From positions 1-35,433 of the forward strand of contig CAZKFS010000001.1 in NCBI GenBank assembly GCA_964552275.1: a stretch of DNA of 35,433 bases. The letters run 5' to 3'. Shown here one piece after another: positions 1-8,471 of this stretch (position 1 is its first letter; each line of letters opens with the position of its first letter). The DNA is from an uncultured Candidatus Saccharibacteria bacterium (GTDB taxonomy: Bacteria; Patescibacteriota; Minisyncoccia; Phycocordibacterales; DATDWN01). A model generated the notes under the pieces. That model searched no databases. It was given only the letters and a program-made list of their open reading frames with translations, and had not been told where the DNA came from. Position numbers and translations under genes: made by a program.

Positions 1-551
1 GATATGCTTAACTTTCTTTGAAAAAACTTATCAGAATTAAATCCTATAACAATTGAGTTTGAACATTGACCATGTTCTCCTGCGCATTCGGATTGATAGT
101 CTTCCAGAATTTTATCACCAGAAATTATAACTTCCCTAAAATACATGTCGGAATAAGAATGTGATGACCTCCATTTTTCAATTGTTTGTGTACCGACTCC
201 CGGCCCAAAATCATGGATTGTAAAAAATAAATCTTTATTATTATATGTTTTGTTATTTACAGATAAAATTACTCGACTTTCTGGGTTCTTATAAGTTTGT
301 AACAACCATTCTTGCGGATACTTAAACTCAAACCCATACTGTTCATTTCTATATGTCTTCCAATCAGCTGTTCCATCCACTACCTCAGTTTTAACTTCAC
401 TTACCACCTCCTCTCCCCTGATTTGGAAGTACCAGACGCAAAAAGCTGAGATGAGAAGTAGAGTAAATACGGAAATGAAAATAAATATAAACTTGTGGTT
501 GTGGTTTTTTGGTTCTTGAACTAAAGGAGTTGGGTTTTGCTCTGGATTCAT
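1..551 (-). CDS. hypothetical membrane-anchored protein; C-terminus cut by the window edge
   Basis: My own minus-strand translation from the ATG at 549-551 gives MNPEQNPTPLVQEPKNHNHKFIFIFISVFTLLLISAFCVWYFQIRGEE..., one N-terminal TM helix followed by a soluble domain. The frame stays open to position 1. It is absent from the supplied track because it runs off the edge. Confidence 0.5.
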   Translation of the reverse strand, partial: MNPEQNPTPLVQEPKNHNHKFIFIFISVFTLLLISAFCVWYFQIRGEEVVSEVKTEVVDGTADWKTYRNEQYGFEFKYPQEWLLQTYKNPESRVILSVNNKTYNNKDLFFTIHDFGPGVGTQTIEKWRSSHSYSDMYFREVIISGDKILEDYQSECAGEHGQCSNSIVIGFNSDKFFQRKLSI

Positions 552-579
552 TTAATTTAATTATATTCCTAATTTTAAT

Positions 580-617
580 AAAACAAAACCCTTAACTTAA
601 TAAGGGTTTTGTTTTTT
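580..617. terminator. bidirectional-looking intrinsic terminator hairpin
   Basis: aaaacaaaaccctta / taagggttttgtttt stem with flanking A and T runs. It lies just 3' of the 659-1873 gene. Confidence 0.6.
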
Positions 618-658
618 AATTTTCAAATTCGAAACTAGGAGTTCGCCAAATTTGGAAG

Positions 659-1873
659 TTATTGTTGGTTCATGGAGGCTCGGGTGCGCACTCCGACTAA
701 CCCATACCCCGTAGTCGCCTCAGTTCCAGAACAAATGCCCATCTTTGCACATTGGTATTTTCTAACAGCTGCTTTTGTTAAAGTTCCAAAGTATCCTGTG
801 TTGCTTCCTGCTGAAAGATAGCCTTTTGCTATTAGGAAATTCTGAAGAGAAATAATATCTGATCCTCTCGCACCCATATACACAGTTCTAGTAAGAGCAA
901 TACTTCCTCCAGCAACTGGACTAGGTGTTGGTGTTACCACGTTAACTGGTGTAGGGCTGGGTGCTACAGCTATTCCACCACTCAGGGTAGCTCTGGTTCT
1001 AGCGCCAACCAAACCATACCCCGTAGTCGCCTCACTTCCAGAACAAACAGCTATTTTGTCACATTGATATCTTCTAACTGCAGATTGAGTGAGAGGGCCA
1101 AAGTATCCTGTGTTACTACCATACGTTAAATATCCACTATCGATAAGAAAGTTTTGCAAACTTACAACATCAGAACCCTTACTACCAATATACACTGTTC
1201 TAGATAAACTAACTGACCTTACTGAAGTTCCAGGTGTTGTTGGTTGTGGTGTTAGAACATTGACCGGTGTAGGCGATGGGGTTGGTGTTAAGACGTTAAC
1301 TGGTGTAGGTGATGGAGTAGGTACTGGTGTTGGTGTAACTGTCACTGCACCAGTTATACTGAAACTTGCTGAGCTAGCTGAAGTTAGAACTTCTGCTCCA
1401 GCACTAGCTACGTTTGTATCAGTTGTTCTCCCTGAAACAGCATCAAAAGATAGACTTGGTGTTCCCCCACTCACTGCTTGAAAAGTGATTGAGAGTAGTG
1501 TTCCTGCACCTGTGTAGTGTTGGCCTCCAGCTACAACCTGAGAAAATGTTATTAATCCAGCTGCATTATCTACCGTGTTAGTAAGTGTTGTTGGCATTAG
1601 AGAACCTGGGGTCACTTGTACTCCTGACATGTTTGGGTTTGAATCCACAACCTGCAAAACTCCTGGAGTAAATCTCAAATATCTCAAATCAACTCCGTCA
1701 ATCTGAGCACCAGATGTATTCAACATCACATTTACTGTAAAGGTGGAACCTGAGGAGTATGTTCCAGAAGAAGGACTTATTGATAGTGTTGCAGCACTAG
1801 CTGTAGAAGTTACAAATAAAAGTGCCGCCACTATATAAAATTTAGTCATTTTTGTTTTAATTTTTATTTTCAT
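659..1873 (-). CDS. secreted cohesin-like domain protein with PT linkers and two peptidoglycan-binding (PG_binding_1-like) repeats
   Basis: Signal peptide MTKFYIVAALLFVTSTASA. Cohesin-like module ATLSISPSSGTYSSGSTFTVNVMLNTSGAQIDGVDLRYLRFTPGVLQVVD. Two repeats of GSKGSDVVSLQNFLIDSGYL..GYFGPLTQSAVRRYQ type. Confidence 0.7.
   Translation of the reverse strand: MKIKIKTKMTKFYIVAALLFVTSTASAATLSISPSSGTYSSGSTFTVNVMLNTSGAQIDGVDLRYLRFTPGVLQVVDSNPNMSGVQVTPGSLMPTTLTNTVDNAAGLITFSQVVAGGQHYTGAGTLLSITFQAVSGGTPSLSFDAVSGRTTDTNVASAGAEVLTSASSASFSITGAVTVTPTPVPTPSPTPVNVLTPTPSPTPVNVLTPQPTTPGTSVRSVSLSRTVYIGSKGSDVVSLQNFLIDSGYLTYGSNTGYFGPLTQSAVRRYQCDKIAVCSGSEATTGYGLVGARTRATLSGGIAVAPSPTPVNVVTPTPSPVAGGSIALTRTVYMGARGSDIISLQNFLIAKGYLSAGSNTGYFGTLTKAAVRKYQCAKMGICSGTEATTGYGLVGVRTRASMNQQ
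1248..1319. repeat. 2 x 36-nt tandem repeat encoding the Pro/Thr linker (TPTPSPTPVNVL x2)
   Basis: ggtgttagaacattgaccggtgtaggcgatggggtt is followed by ggtgttaagacgttaactggtgtaggtgatggagta. A third diverged copy lies near 921-957. Confidence 0.8.
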
Positions 1874-1899
1874 ATTTTTATTATAAATTTAATTATACA

Positions 1900-3171
1900 C
1901 TACTGGCCTATTTGCAACCAATTGTTTGATAAGTAAGCAAAATCTAATGAGTTAACAGCACCGTCTTTATTTATATCAGTAAGAGTATTATTTGTTAACC
2001 AATTTAGATTCATATTTGAGAAATCCAGAGAGTTTATTATTTGATCAGCGTTAAAATCCCCTGCTGGAAGATTTGGTGTTGTTGCAACAAGTAATGAGCT
2101 GGACAAAGTATCTACACTCAAAATTCTTCTGGATAGATAACCGCTGATAACAGGGCGTATAGTTATAACACCAGGCAAGCCAGAAGGTATAGTTACAGTT
2201 ACTTGTCCACTAATGTTTGTACTTATAGGAATTTGTCCCAACAAACTATAATCCGAGTTATTAAGATATTGAACTACTCCAGATACATTTCTCTTTGAAG
2301 CACTAGCTCCTTCCAAAAGTAATACTATTTGTCTTTGAATAACAGCTGGGGCACTTGTGTTAAAGACCTGATTGGCAGATGTCGATAGATTCCCGGCAGA
2401 ATCTTTTGATTTAACTCTATAGTTGTATGTACTACCTGGTGATAACCCAGACAAAACAACTGAGTGACTCGTCACTGGAGAAGTATTTAGAGTTGTGGAT
2501 TGTCCATAAGCGGTAGTTAGACCATAGTCCACCTGTGTATCGCTTGCTTCGTTTGTTGTCCAACTTATATTTGCGCTATTTGTAGTTACCCCAGTAGTTA
2601 GTATGGATGAAATTGTTGGGGCTGTTGTATCAACTGGCACCGCAGTCAAAGTGTAAGTTCCGTTTGTTATAGAAGAAAGCAAATCACTTCCGAGACCAGC
2701 AACATTTGTATCAGTACCACTACCAGAAGTGAAGTCGAAAGTTACGTTGGCAGTTCCAGCAGAAATTGCACGAAAAGTAATCGTTGCAAAAGTTCCAGAA
2801 CCGTTATATATATTTCCTGGGTCGGCTAATTGTGAAAGCTGTATTGAACCACCAACATTGTCTACTGAATTTAATGTTGTCACAGACATAAGAGACCCCA
2901 TAGTGATTTGAACACCTGATGTATTACTATCAGCATCGACAACTTGAAGCAGTGCAGGGTTAAAACGTAATCGGTTTATATCAACACCGTACGTTGCTTG
3001 TCCTGAGGCATTCAAAAGTATGTTAACTGTAAAGGTGTTCCCTACGGAAACTGACGAAGATGAAGGTGATAAGGTTAAAGTCGCTGCATAACTAAGACTC
3101 GGAACAACACATAAAAACAAAACTATGGCTATTAATGATTTTTTATACATAATTTTTATCATTTGATTCAT
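1900..3171 (-). CDS. secreted cohesin-FN3-dockerin protein (putative adaptor scaffoldin)
   Basis: Signal peptide MYKKSLIAIVLFLCVVPSLSYA; the start could be 3171, 3162 or 3150, and the track start at 3255 overlaps the upstream gene. It has a cohesin-like module and an FN3 (ISWTTNEASDTQVDYGLTTAYG...YNYRVKSKDSAGN). The C-terminal dockerin-like pair is DFNADQIINSLDF / DINKDGAVNSLDF. Confidence 0.7.
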   Translation of the reverse strand: MNQMIKIMYKKSLIAIVLFLCVVPSLSYAATLTLSPSSSSVSVGNTFTVNILLNASGQATYGVDINRLRFNPALLQVVDADSNTSGVQITMGSLMSVTTLNSVDNVGGSIQLSQLADPGNIYNGSGTFATITFRAISAGTANVTFDFTSGSGTDTNVAGLGSDLLSSITNGTYTLTAVPVDTTAPTISSILTTGVTTNSANISWTTNEASDTQVDYGLTTAYGQSTTLNTSPVTSHSVVLSGLSPGSTYNYRVKSKDSAGNLSTSANQVFNTSAPAVIQRQIVLLLEGASASKRNVSGVVQYLNNSDYSLLGQIPISTNISGQVTVTIPSGLPGVITIRPVISGYLSRRILSVDTLSSSLLVATTPNLPAGDFNADQIINSLDFSNMNLNWLTNNTLTDINKDGAVNSLDFAYLSNNWLQIGQ

Positions 3172-3217
3172 TGTACCAAATACAAACACTGTTCGATACA
3201 AGTATATCCCCACCCCC

Positions 3218-4975
3218 CTACCATGTTCTCCCCCACTGTGACGACAAGGTAGCAAAGTCCAGAGAGTTAACTAGAGAGTCACGGTTCAGGTCAGATATGG
3301 TGTTAGAGGTAAACCAGTGAGAGTTCATGACGGAGTAGTCTAGAGAGTTAACTATACGATCTAGGTTTAGATCTCCTGCAAGTGGTGTAGGTGTTGGAGT
3401 CGGAGTGGGTGTAGGAGTTGGAGATGGAGATGGTGATGAACTACCTGTTAGTGTAGTAAAGGTTTGGTTGTTAGAGTAGGATATGTTGTTTGAAGCATCT
3501 CTAGCTTGGGCACGGTAGTTGTATACAGTGTTAGGTGTTAGTCCAGTTAGAGTTACAGAGTGTGAGACACTACCTGTAGATGACAGTGTACCTCCGTATC
3601 CTGTGGTGAGACCGTACTGTACAGAAGAGTTTGATATTTCGTTTGTTGTGAAGGTGATTGTTGCTCCACTGGAGGTTATGTTTGATATGGATACAGAAGA
3701 GATGGTTGGTGCTGTGTTGTCTATTACTGCTTCTGATGCTCCTGGTCGTACTAGGAGTGAGGATATATTTTGGGGTGGGTTTATCAGAGACGCGAAGTTA
3801 CGGATGTAGGCGACGAAGTCTCGGTCATTACCACGAGTATATAGGTCAGTTGATGTGTTGTATTCAAGGAAGAAACTTTCTATTGAGTTAGGTGGCGTAG
3901 ACCTTGGATCAACTGATATCTGAAGTTTGTCATAAATCTGTACTGGCTCATTATCCTCATCTGCTATCCAGGCACTCACAAGGTCATAATCATTAGCTCT
4001 CTGATCTATTAGATACCAAAAACGCACCCATTTATTTGGCTTGATTATGAAATCATTTAACTGTGGTGACAAATTTTCTGAATAAGTAACATTTGGTCCC
4101 GCATAGCTTCCATCAGTCTTTGTCCAATCTGGGTCACCTCCAACTTTAGTGTAAGATCTTGATTTAAATGTAGACACGGAAGTACTTTGACTAAAACCAG
4201 GTACAACGTTTCCAGTAATAGGTGAATGGCCTGAGAATACTGTATTCGGCTCAAGCCAAATACCATTTGATATAAAGTTGAAAGTCTTGTGATTTTTAAG
4301 CCCAGAATTTAAATATGAGTCAGTCCAATATCCATCCCAAGTAAACAAGTATACGTTCCCATCTGAAGTACCCAAAGGTAGGTAAGTAAGATAAGGAACT
4401 GTGTTTACAGAAATAGCCACATGAGTACCTGCGTTATGACTTGTAGCTGCCGTACCATACTGACCTCTCTTAACATAGAGAACACCAGTAGTCCTATCAT
4501 AACCCTTTAATGGACCATTTCCATCTGGATCAAAAATCACCATTTTTTCAGAATTAACTAAAAGAGTTCTACCGTTGACCTGATACGTTGTCTTATCTGG
4601 TTGTATCAACAAAACTTCTGTTGTGGCATCAATTGGATTTATTAAGGTACCGGAATTATTCGCCCCTACTGGAGAAAAAGCTGGGATAACAATCTTCGTC
4701 GCATCTTGCTTATGCGGATCTGTATCAGAACTAGGTAGATAGCTAACCCATGGATTACCAGTCTCACCTCTTCCATAACCACCATCCTTTCTATCATAAA
4801 GTTGTTTCTCATAGTGAGGGGAAGTTATCGGGGCACCAGCTTTAGGCCTTAAGCTATAACCTTTCCAAAAATCACCCCTAGAGACAAGAGAATCAAAGTA
4901 ATCATGTTCTCCTGCAGCGAAAGTCAAAAATGGAATAAATAAAATAAAAAATAAAAAATATAGTATTTTTTTCAT
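3218..4975 (-). CDS. secreted protein: unassigned ~400-aa N-terminal domain + FN3 + (PT)n linker + dockerin-like C-terminus
   Basis: Signal peptide MKKILYFLFFILFIPFLTFA. FN3 (ITFTTNEISNSSVQYGLTTGYG...YNYRAQARDASNN). SPSPSPTPTPTPTPTPTP linker. DLNLDRIVNSLDY / DLNRDSLVNSLDF repeats. Confidence 0.7.
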   Translation of the reverse strand: MKKILYFLFFILFIPFLTFAAGEHDYFDSLVSRGDFWKGYSLRPKAGAPITSPHYEKQLYDRKDGGYGRGETGNPWVSYLPSSDTDPHKQDATKIVIPAFSPVGANNSGTLINPIDATTEVLLIQPDKTTYQVNGRTLLVNSEKMVIFDPDGNGPLKGYDRTTGVLYVKRGQYGTAATSHNAGTHVAISVNTVPYLTYLPLGTSDGNVYLFTWDGYWTDSYLNSGLKNHKTFNFISNGIWLEPNTVFSGHSPITGNVVPGFSQSTSVSTFKSRSYTKVGGDPDWTKTDGSYAGPNVTYSENLSPQLNDFIIKPNKWVRFWYLIDQRANDYDLVSAWIADEDNEPVQIYDKLQISVDPRSTPPNSIESFFLEYNTSTDLYTRGNDRDFVAYIRNFASLINPPQNISSLLVRPGASEAVIDNTAPTISSVSISNITSSGATITFTTNEISNSSVQYGLTTGYGGTLSSTGSVSHSVTLTGLTPNTVYNYRAQARDASNNISYSNNQTFTTLTGSSSPSPSPTPTPTPTPTPTPLAGDLNLDRIVNSLDYSVMNSHWFTSNTISDLNRDSLVNSLDFATLSSQWGRTW

Positions 4976-4995
4976 AGAATTCTTTTGTAAAATAT

Positions 4996-6372
4996 TTATA
5001 TATTTATATTATACTCCTTTTCTCTATCTGGGTATATAGCATCAACATCTAGCTCGTCACGAATCCTTTGAGCCAGAAAAATGGAAGATTTGGGTTCTCC
5101 CATAACCACAAACACTTTTTTCAGTTTATCAGCACTATCTGCAACCATATCTAGAATGCCATCGGAGTCTTTGTGCGAAGAATAACCAGAAATCATCTCT
5201 ATACGAGCACGAATAGGAACCATGGATCCCTTTATTTCTACAGCCTTTGGTTTATCTTGTATCCTTCTACCCAGTGTTCCTATAGCTTGATAGCCCATAA
5301 GAAGAATCGTACTTTTTGGATCAGGCAGGAAATTTATCTCATGCCAGACCACCCTACCCCCAGAAGACATCCCTGAGCCAGCTATTATAATCTTTGGATT
5401 TGGAGTTTTTATTATTTCTTGAGAATCTCTAGACCCGTGAGTAATATTCAACTTAGGAAAATTAAATATATTATCACCCTTCTTTATCTCTGATTGAACC
5501 CCAGAATTAAAGTCTTGTTTTGCACGAGAATATATCTCTGTTACTTTTAAACCAAGTGGTGAATCAAGAAAAACTGGCACAGATGGTATTTTCTTGTCCT
5601 CTATAAGATTATTCAACTCATACAAAATTACTTGGGTTCGTTCTATAGAAAAAGCAGGTATCACCAAGGCACCTTCATTTTTTATGGTTTCTGTAACTAT
5701 TTGCCTAAATCTTTCATCTCTCTCGTCTTTTGGTTCATGGTTTCTATCTCCATAAACACTGTCTATTATCATATAGTCAGCATCTGTTATTTTTTCCGTA
5801 TCTTTTAAAAGTGGAGCTGGTGAATTGCCGGAATCACCAGTAAAAACAATTTTCTTGCCTTTATGTTTAAACTCATACATTGAAGATCCTAAAATATGTC
5901 CTGCATCTTTTAGGTAAACAGAAAACTCATCGTTTATTTTTGTTTCCTGGTGATATGGAATTGTTTTCCATAAGGAAATAGTTCTATCAAAATCACTCTT
6001 GTCATACAATGGAGTCTGGTGAACACCATCTTTAACTTCTCTTTCTTTCATACTCATGACTTTTAAAGCGTCTAGGAGCATGACTTGGGCAAGTTCTTTT
6101 GTTTCAGGTGTTGAATAAATAATTCCACTAAAACCCTCTTTGACCAACTTACAAGCTCTACCTATGTGGTCCATGTGGGCATGAGTAACAAAAAGAAAAT
6201 CCACGGTTTTAACATCATAAGAAAACGGTTTTCTGTTTTCTTCATCAGAATCTGTTGTGCCTTGTAATAAACCACAGTCTACAAGTATTTTTGTATTAGT
6301 AGATTCAAGTAAAAAATTTGCCCCAGTTACCGTGCCAACACCACCATAAAAAGTTATCTGTAATTTATCCAT
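4996..6372 (-). CDS. metallo-beta-lactamase / beta-CASP family ribonuclease (RNase J/CPSF-like)
   Basis: The HxHxDH motif (VTHAHMDHIGR), the 458-aa length and the C-terminal RNA-metabolising MBL-like tail (SGYSSHKD) support the call. Confidence 0.75.
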   Translation of the reverse strand: MDKLQITFYGGVGTVTGANFLLESTNTKILVDCGLLQGTTDSDEENRKPFSYDVKTVDFLFVTHAHMDHIGRACKLVKEGFSGIIYSTPETKELAQVMLLDALKVMSMKEREVKDGVHQTPLYDKSDFDRTISLWKTIPYHQETKINDEFSVYLKDAGHILGSSMYEFKHKGKKIVFTGDSGNSPAPLLKDTEKITDADYMIIDSVYGDRNHEPKDERDERFRQIVTETIKNEGALVIPAFSIERTQVILYELNNLIEDKKIPSVPVFLDSPLGLKVTEIYSRAKQDFNSGVQSEIKKGDNIFNFPKLNITHGSRDSQEIIKTPNPKIIIAGSGMSSGGRVVWHEINFLPDPKSTILLMGYQAIGTLGRRIQDKPKAVEIKGSMVPIRARIEMISGYSSHKDSDGILDMVADSADKLKKVFVVMGEPKSSIFLAQRIRDELDVDAIYPDREKEYNINI

Positions 6373-6379
6373 ATTAAGT

Positions 6380-6787
6380 CTAGATTTTATTCATATTTCT
6401 TGATAAATGTTTAGCATAAACTGACCCAATAATTGCTCCACATATATCGAGCAATAAATCAGACGTTGTATCTGTAACATAGACGACTCCATCTGAAAAA
6501 GAAGTGACCCCTATAACAAGTTCGTAAATTTCCCATAAAACACCAATAAACAGAATGCTTATGAGAGTTATAGATACCATCTTCGAAAGACTTAGATCTT
6601 TTGTTTTATGGTAAAAATACCAAACCAAAACTGTAGCCATACCCACACAAACACCAGCACTAAAATGCATGAGCATGTCATACCACCAAATAGTCCAATA
6701 AAAATAGAATTTGTTAGCAATATAATCTAAAAAGCCTATTATGGCCAAAAGTATAAAAGTCCTTTTGAAAAGTGGGGTACTTAACAT
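6380..6787 (-). CDS. small 4-TM membrane protein, possibly VanZ-like
   Basis: 135 aa with four hydrophobic segments. It shows an H..(E)..D..D..G..G pattern (MLMHFSAG, WEIYE, SDLLLDICGAIIG). The family assignment is weak. Confidence 0.55.
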   Translation of the reverse strand: MLSTPLFKRTFILLAIIGFLDYIANKFYFYWTIWWYDMLMHFSAGVCVGMATVLVWYFYHKTKDLSLSKMVSITLISILFIGVLWEIYELVIGVTSFSDGVVYVTDTTSDLLLDICGAIIGSVYAKHLSRNMNKI

Positions 6788-6799
6788 GATCTAATTGTA

Positions 6800-6971
6800 A
6801 CAAAATAAAATTAAAATACCCACGCGCTAGCGTGAGTCTCTTAATAGGGCTACCTTTTGATATTCCCCTACTAATGAAGTAAGGTGGGTGCCCTCACTTA
6901 CGGTCCAAGGACCATAAAAATATTGAGCTCCCTGAAAAATTCTTAGGTAGAAAATATCAAACGTAACCCTA
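6800..6971 (-). promoter_or_regulatory. structured 5' leader (riboswitch/attenuator candidate) upstream of the membrane protein gene
   Basis: Long-range helices: 6963-6971 pairs with 6845-6853 (9 bp including one G-U), and 6953-6961 pairs with 6856-6864 (9 bp perfect). They enclose about 90 nt with internal hairpins. A cacgc-gcta-gcgtg hairpin (6821-6834) plus a U-rich tract follows on the minus strand, immediately before the start codon. Confidence 0.5.
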
Positions 6972-6976
6972 AACCA

Positions 6977-7004
6977 ATTATACTTCTCTAGAAATCACCG
7001 ACAA
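6977..7004 (-). promoter_or_regulatory. sigma70-like promoter TTGTCG-16-TATAAT
   Basis: On the minus strand the -35 is at 6999-7004 and the -10 at 6977-6982. This places the TSS at the first helix of the leader. Confidence 0.5.
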
Positions 7005-7081
7005 CTTGTATTTTTTTATAAATAGCGCGTAGTTATTAAAATCTCCTTCTCCTCATGTCTCTAAAAAGAAATTTTTATAAT

Positions 7082-7687
7082 TTACTCTAGCAATCCATCT
7101 AGGTTTACATCATAAAGTATCTGATCCTGAATAAGTCTGTAGTTTATTATTTCTCCATCTTCAAACCAATGCTTTATTTCCATTTCTGCTTCTTTTACTG
7201 AGCCTGATGCGTGAACTAGATTTCTGACAGATCTTTTGTCGGTATCAGATATAGCATATGAATCTATAACAAAATCACCTCGTATAGTACCAACATCTGA
7301 GGAACGTGGCTCTGTTCCTCCTGTTATCTTGCGACCTATTTCCACAACATGCACACCTTCCCAAACCATAGCCACCACAGGACCTGAAGTCATGAACCTT
7401 TTTAAATTCTCCAAAACAACCCTGGTTACTTCTAGAGGATCCATAGTCCATGGTGTTTCACCCTTTTTTACATAACTAGCAATTGTTTTTTCTCCCGTAA
7501 TCCTCCTCCATTCAGGATCAAGGGTATAATGCTTCTCAATATGCTCTGCAGTTGGAACAAGCATCTTCATACCAACAAGTTTCAGACCAGCACGCTCATA
7601 TCTTTTTATTATCTCTCCTATTAGAGTCCTCTGTATTCCATCTGGTTTTATCAAGATAAGTGTTCTTTCTTTTTTTGGGTGTGACAT
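7082..7687 (-). CDS. ndk: nucleoside diphosphate kinase, long form
   Basis: ERTLILIKPDGIQR, FMTSGPVVAMVWEG, GTIRGDF and NLVHASGS (catalytic His) motifs. At 201 aa it is longer than usual, with an internal insertion and a C-terminal tail. Confidence 0.85.
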   Translation of the reverse strand: MSHPKKERTLILIKPDGIQRTLIGEIIKRYERAGLKLVGMKMLVPTAEHIEKHYTLDPEWRRITGEKTIASYVKKGETPWTMDPLEVTRVVLENLKRFMTSGPVVAMVWEGVHVVEIGRKITGGTEPRSSDVGTIRGDFVIDSYAISDTDKRSVRNLVHASGSVKEAEMEIKHWFEDGEIINYRLIQDQILYDVNLDGLLE

Positions 7688-7690
7688 GTT

Positions 7691-8458
7691 TTATTTGGTT
7701 AATATTATAGGATCACCATCTGTTATGACTATTGTGTGTTCAAAGTGAGCTGAGTTTGAACCATCTTTGGTTTTATAGGTATAACCATCAGAACCAAGAA
7801 CTATGTCGTCTGTGCCTAAAGTTATCATGGGCTCAATAGCTATAACCATACCAGGAACAAGTTTTTCTCCTCTTCCTGGCTTTCCTGTGTTGGGAACAAA
7901 AGGATCTTCGTGAACTTTATAACCAACACCATGTCCCGCGAGTCCATCACAAAGCCCATAACCCAGAGGTCTCACGAAAGACTCTATCGCATGACCAATA
8001 TCACCAACATTTCCTCCACCCTTGGCTTGCTTTATACCTAAATACAATGCCTCCTCACAATGTTTTAGTAACTTGGCATTTTCAGGAGAAATTTTTCCCA
8101 CAGGGACAGTTACAGCCCCGTCAGTGATCAAACCTCCATGAGTTAGACCTAGGTCTACAGTAACAATATCACCTTCTTGTAAAATCCTTGGTTTCTCGTT
8201 TGGAATACCATGAACTATTTCGTTGTTTATGGAAACACATAATGCAGAAGGAAAAGGTCTTTTGGCTCCACGTGGTCTGTAATTGAGAAAAGCAGGAATA
8301 TCACCGCCATCACTTATCATTTTCCTAGCATGGTCTTCTAGTAAACCCGTAGAGACTCCTGGAGCAACTTTTTTTGCTACTTCACGCAAAATATGAGCGT
8401 GGCGTTTACCACCCTCTTTCATTATCTCTATCTCCTCTTTTGTCTTTAGCTTTATCAT
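7691..8458 (-). CDS. map: type I methionine aminopeptidase
   Basis: 255 aa with metal-ligand motifs of the GDIVTVDLG, HGVG and IEPM type. Its position after adk is canonical. Confidence 0.9.
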   Translation of the reverse strand: MIKLKTKEEIEIMKEGGKRHAHILREVAKKVAPGVSTGLLEDHARKMISDGGDIPAFLNYRPRGAKRPFPSALCVSINNEIVHGIPNEKPRILQEGDIVTVDLGLTHGGLITDGAVTVPVGKISPENAKLLKHCEEALYLGIKQAKGGGNVGDIGHAIESFVRPLGYGLCDGLAGHGVGYKVHEDPFVPNTGKPGRGEKLVPGMVIAIEPMITLGTDDIVLGSDGYTYKTKDGSNSAHFEHTIVITDGDPIILTK

Positions 8459-8471
8459 TGAATTTACCCTA

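Noticed and set aside
1089-1481. Plus-strand 130-aa Gly/Val-rich ORF inside the cohesin/PG-binding gene.
   Set aside because: It is the antisense reading of the Pro/Thr-linker repeats (ACN/CCN codons read as GGN/GTN). It has no independent support.
6900-6971. UAGGGUUACG and GGUCC in the 6800-6971 leader resemble the guanidine-I (ykkC) riboswitch motifs UAGGGUUCCG and GGUCCGAGAG.
   Set aside because: The third conserved block (ACGG.GGGA.AAAA.CCCGGGAGA) is absent and the helix arrangement differs. The downstream gene is also not a recognisable SMR/Gdx or carboxylase. I kept it as an unclassified leader.
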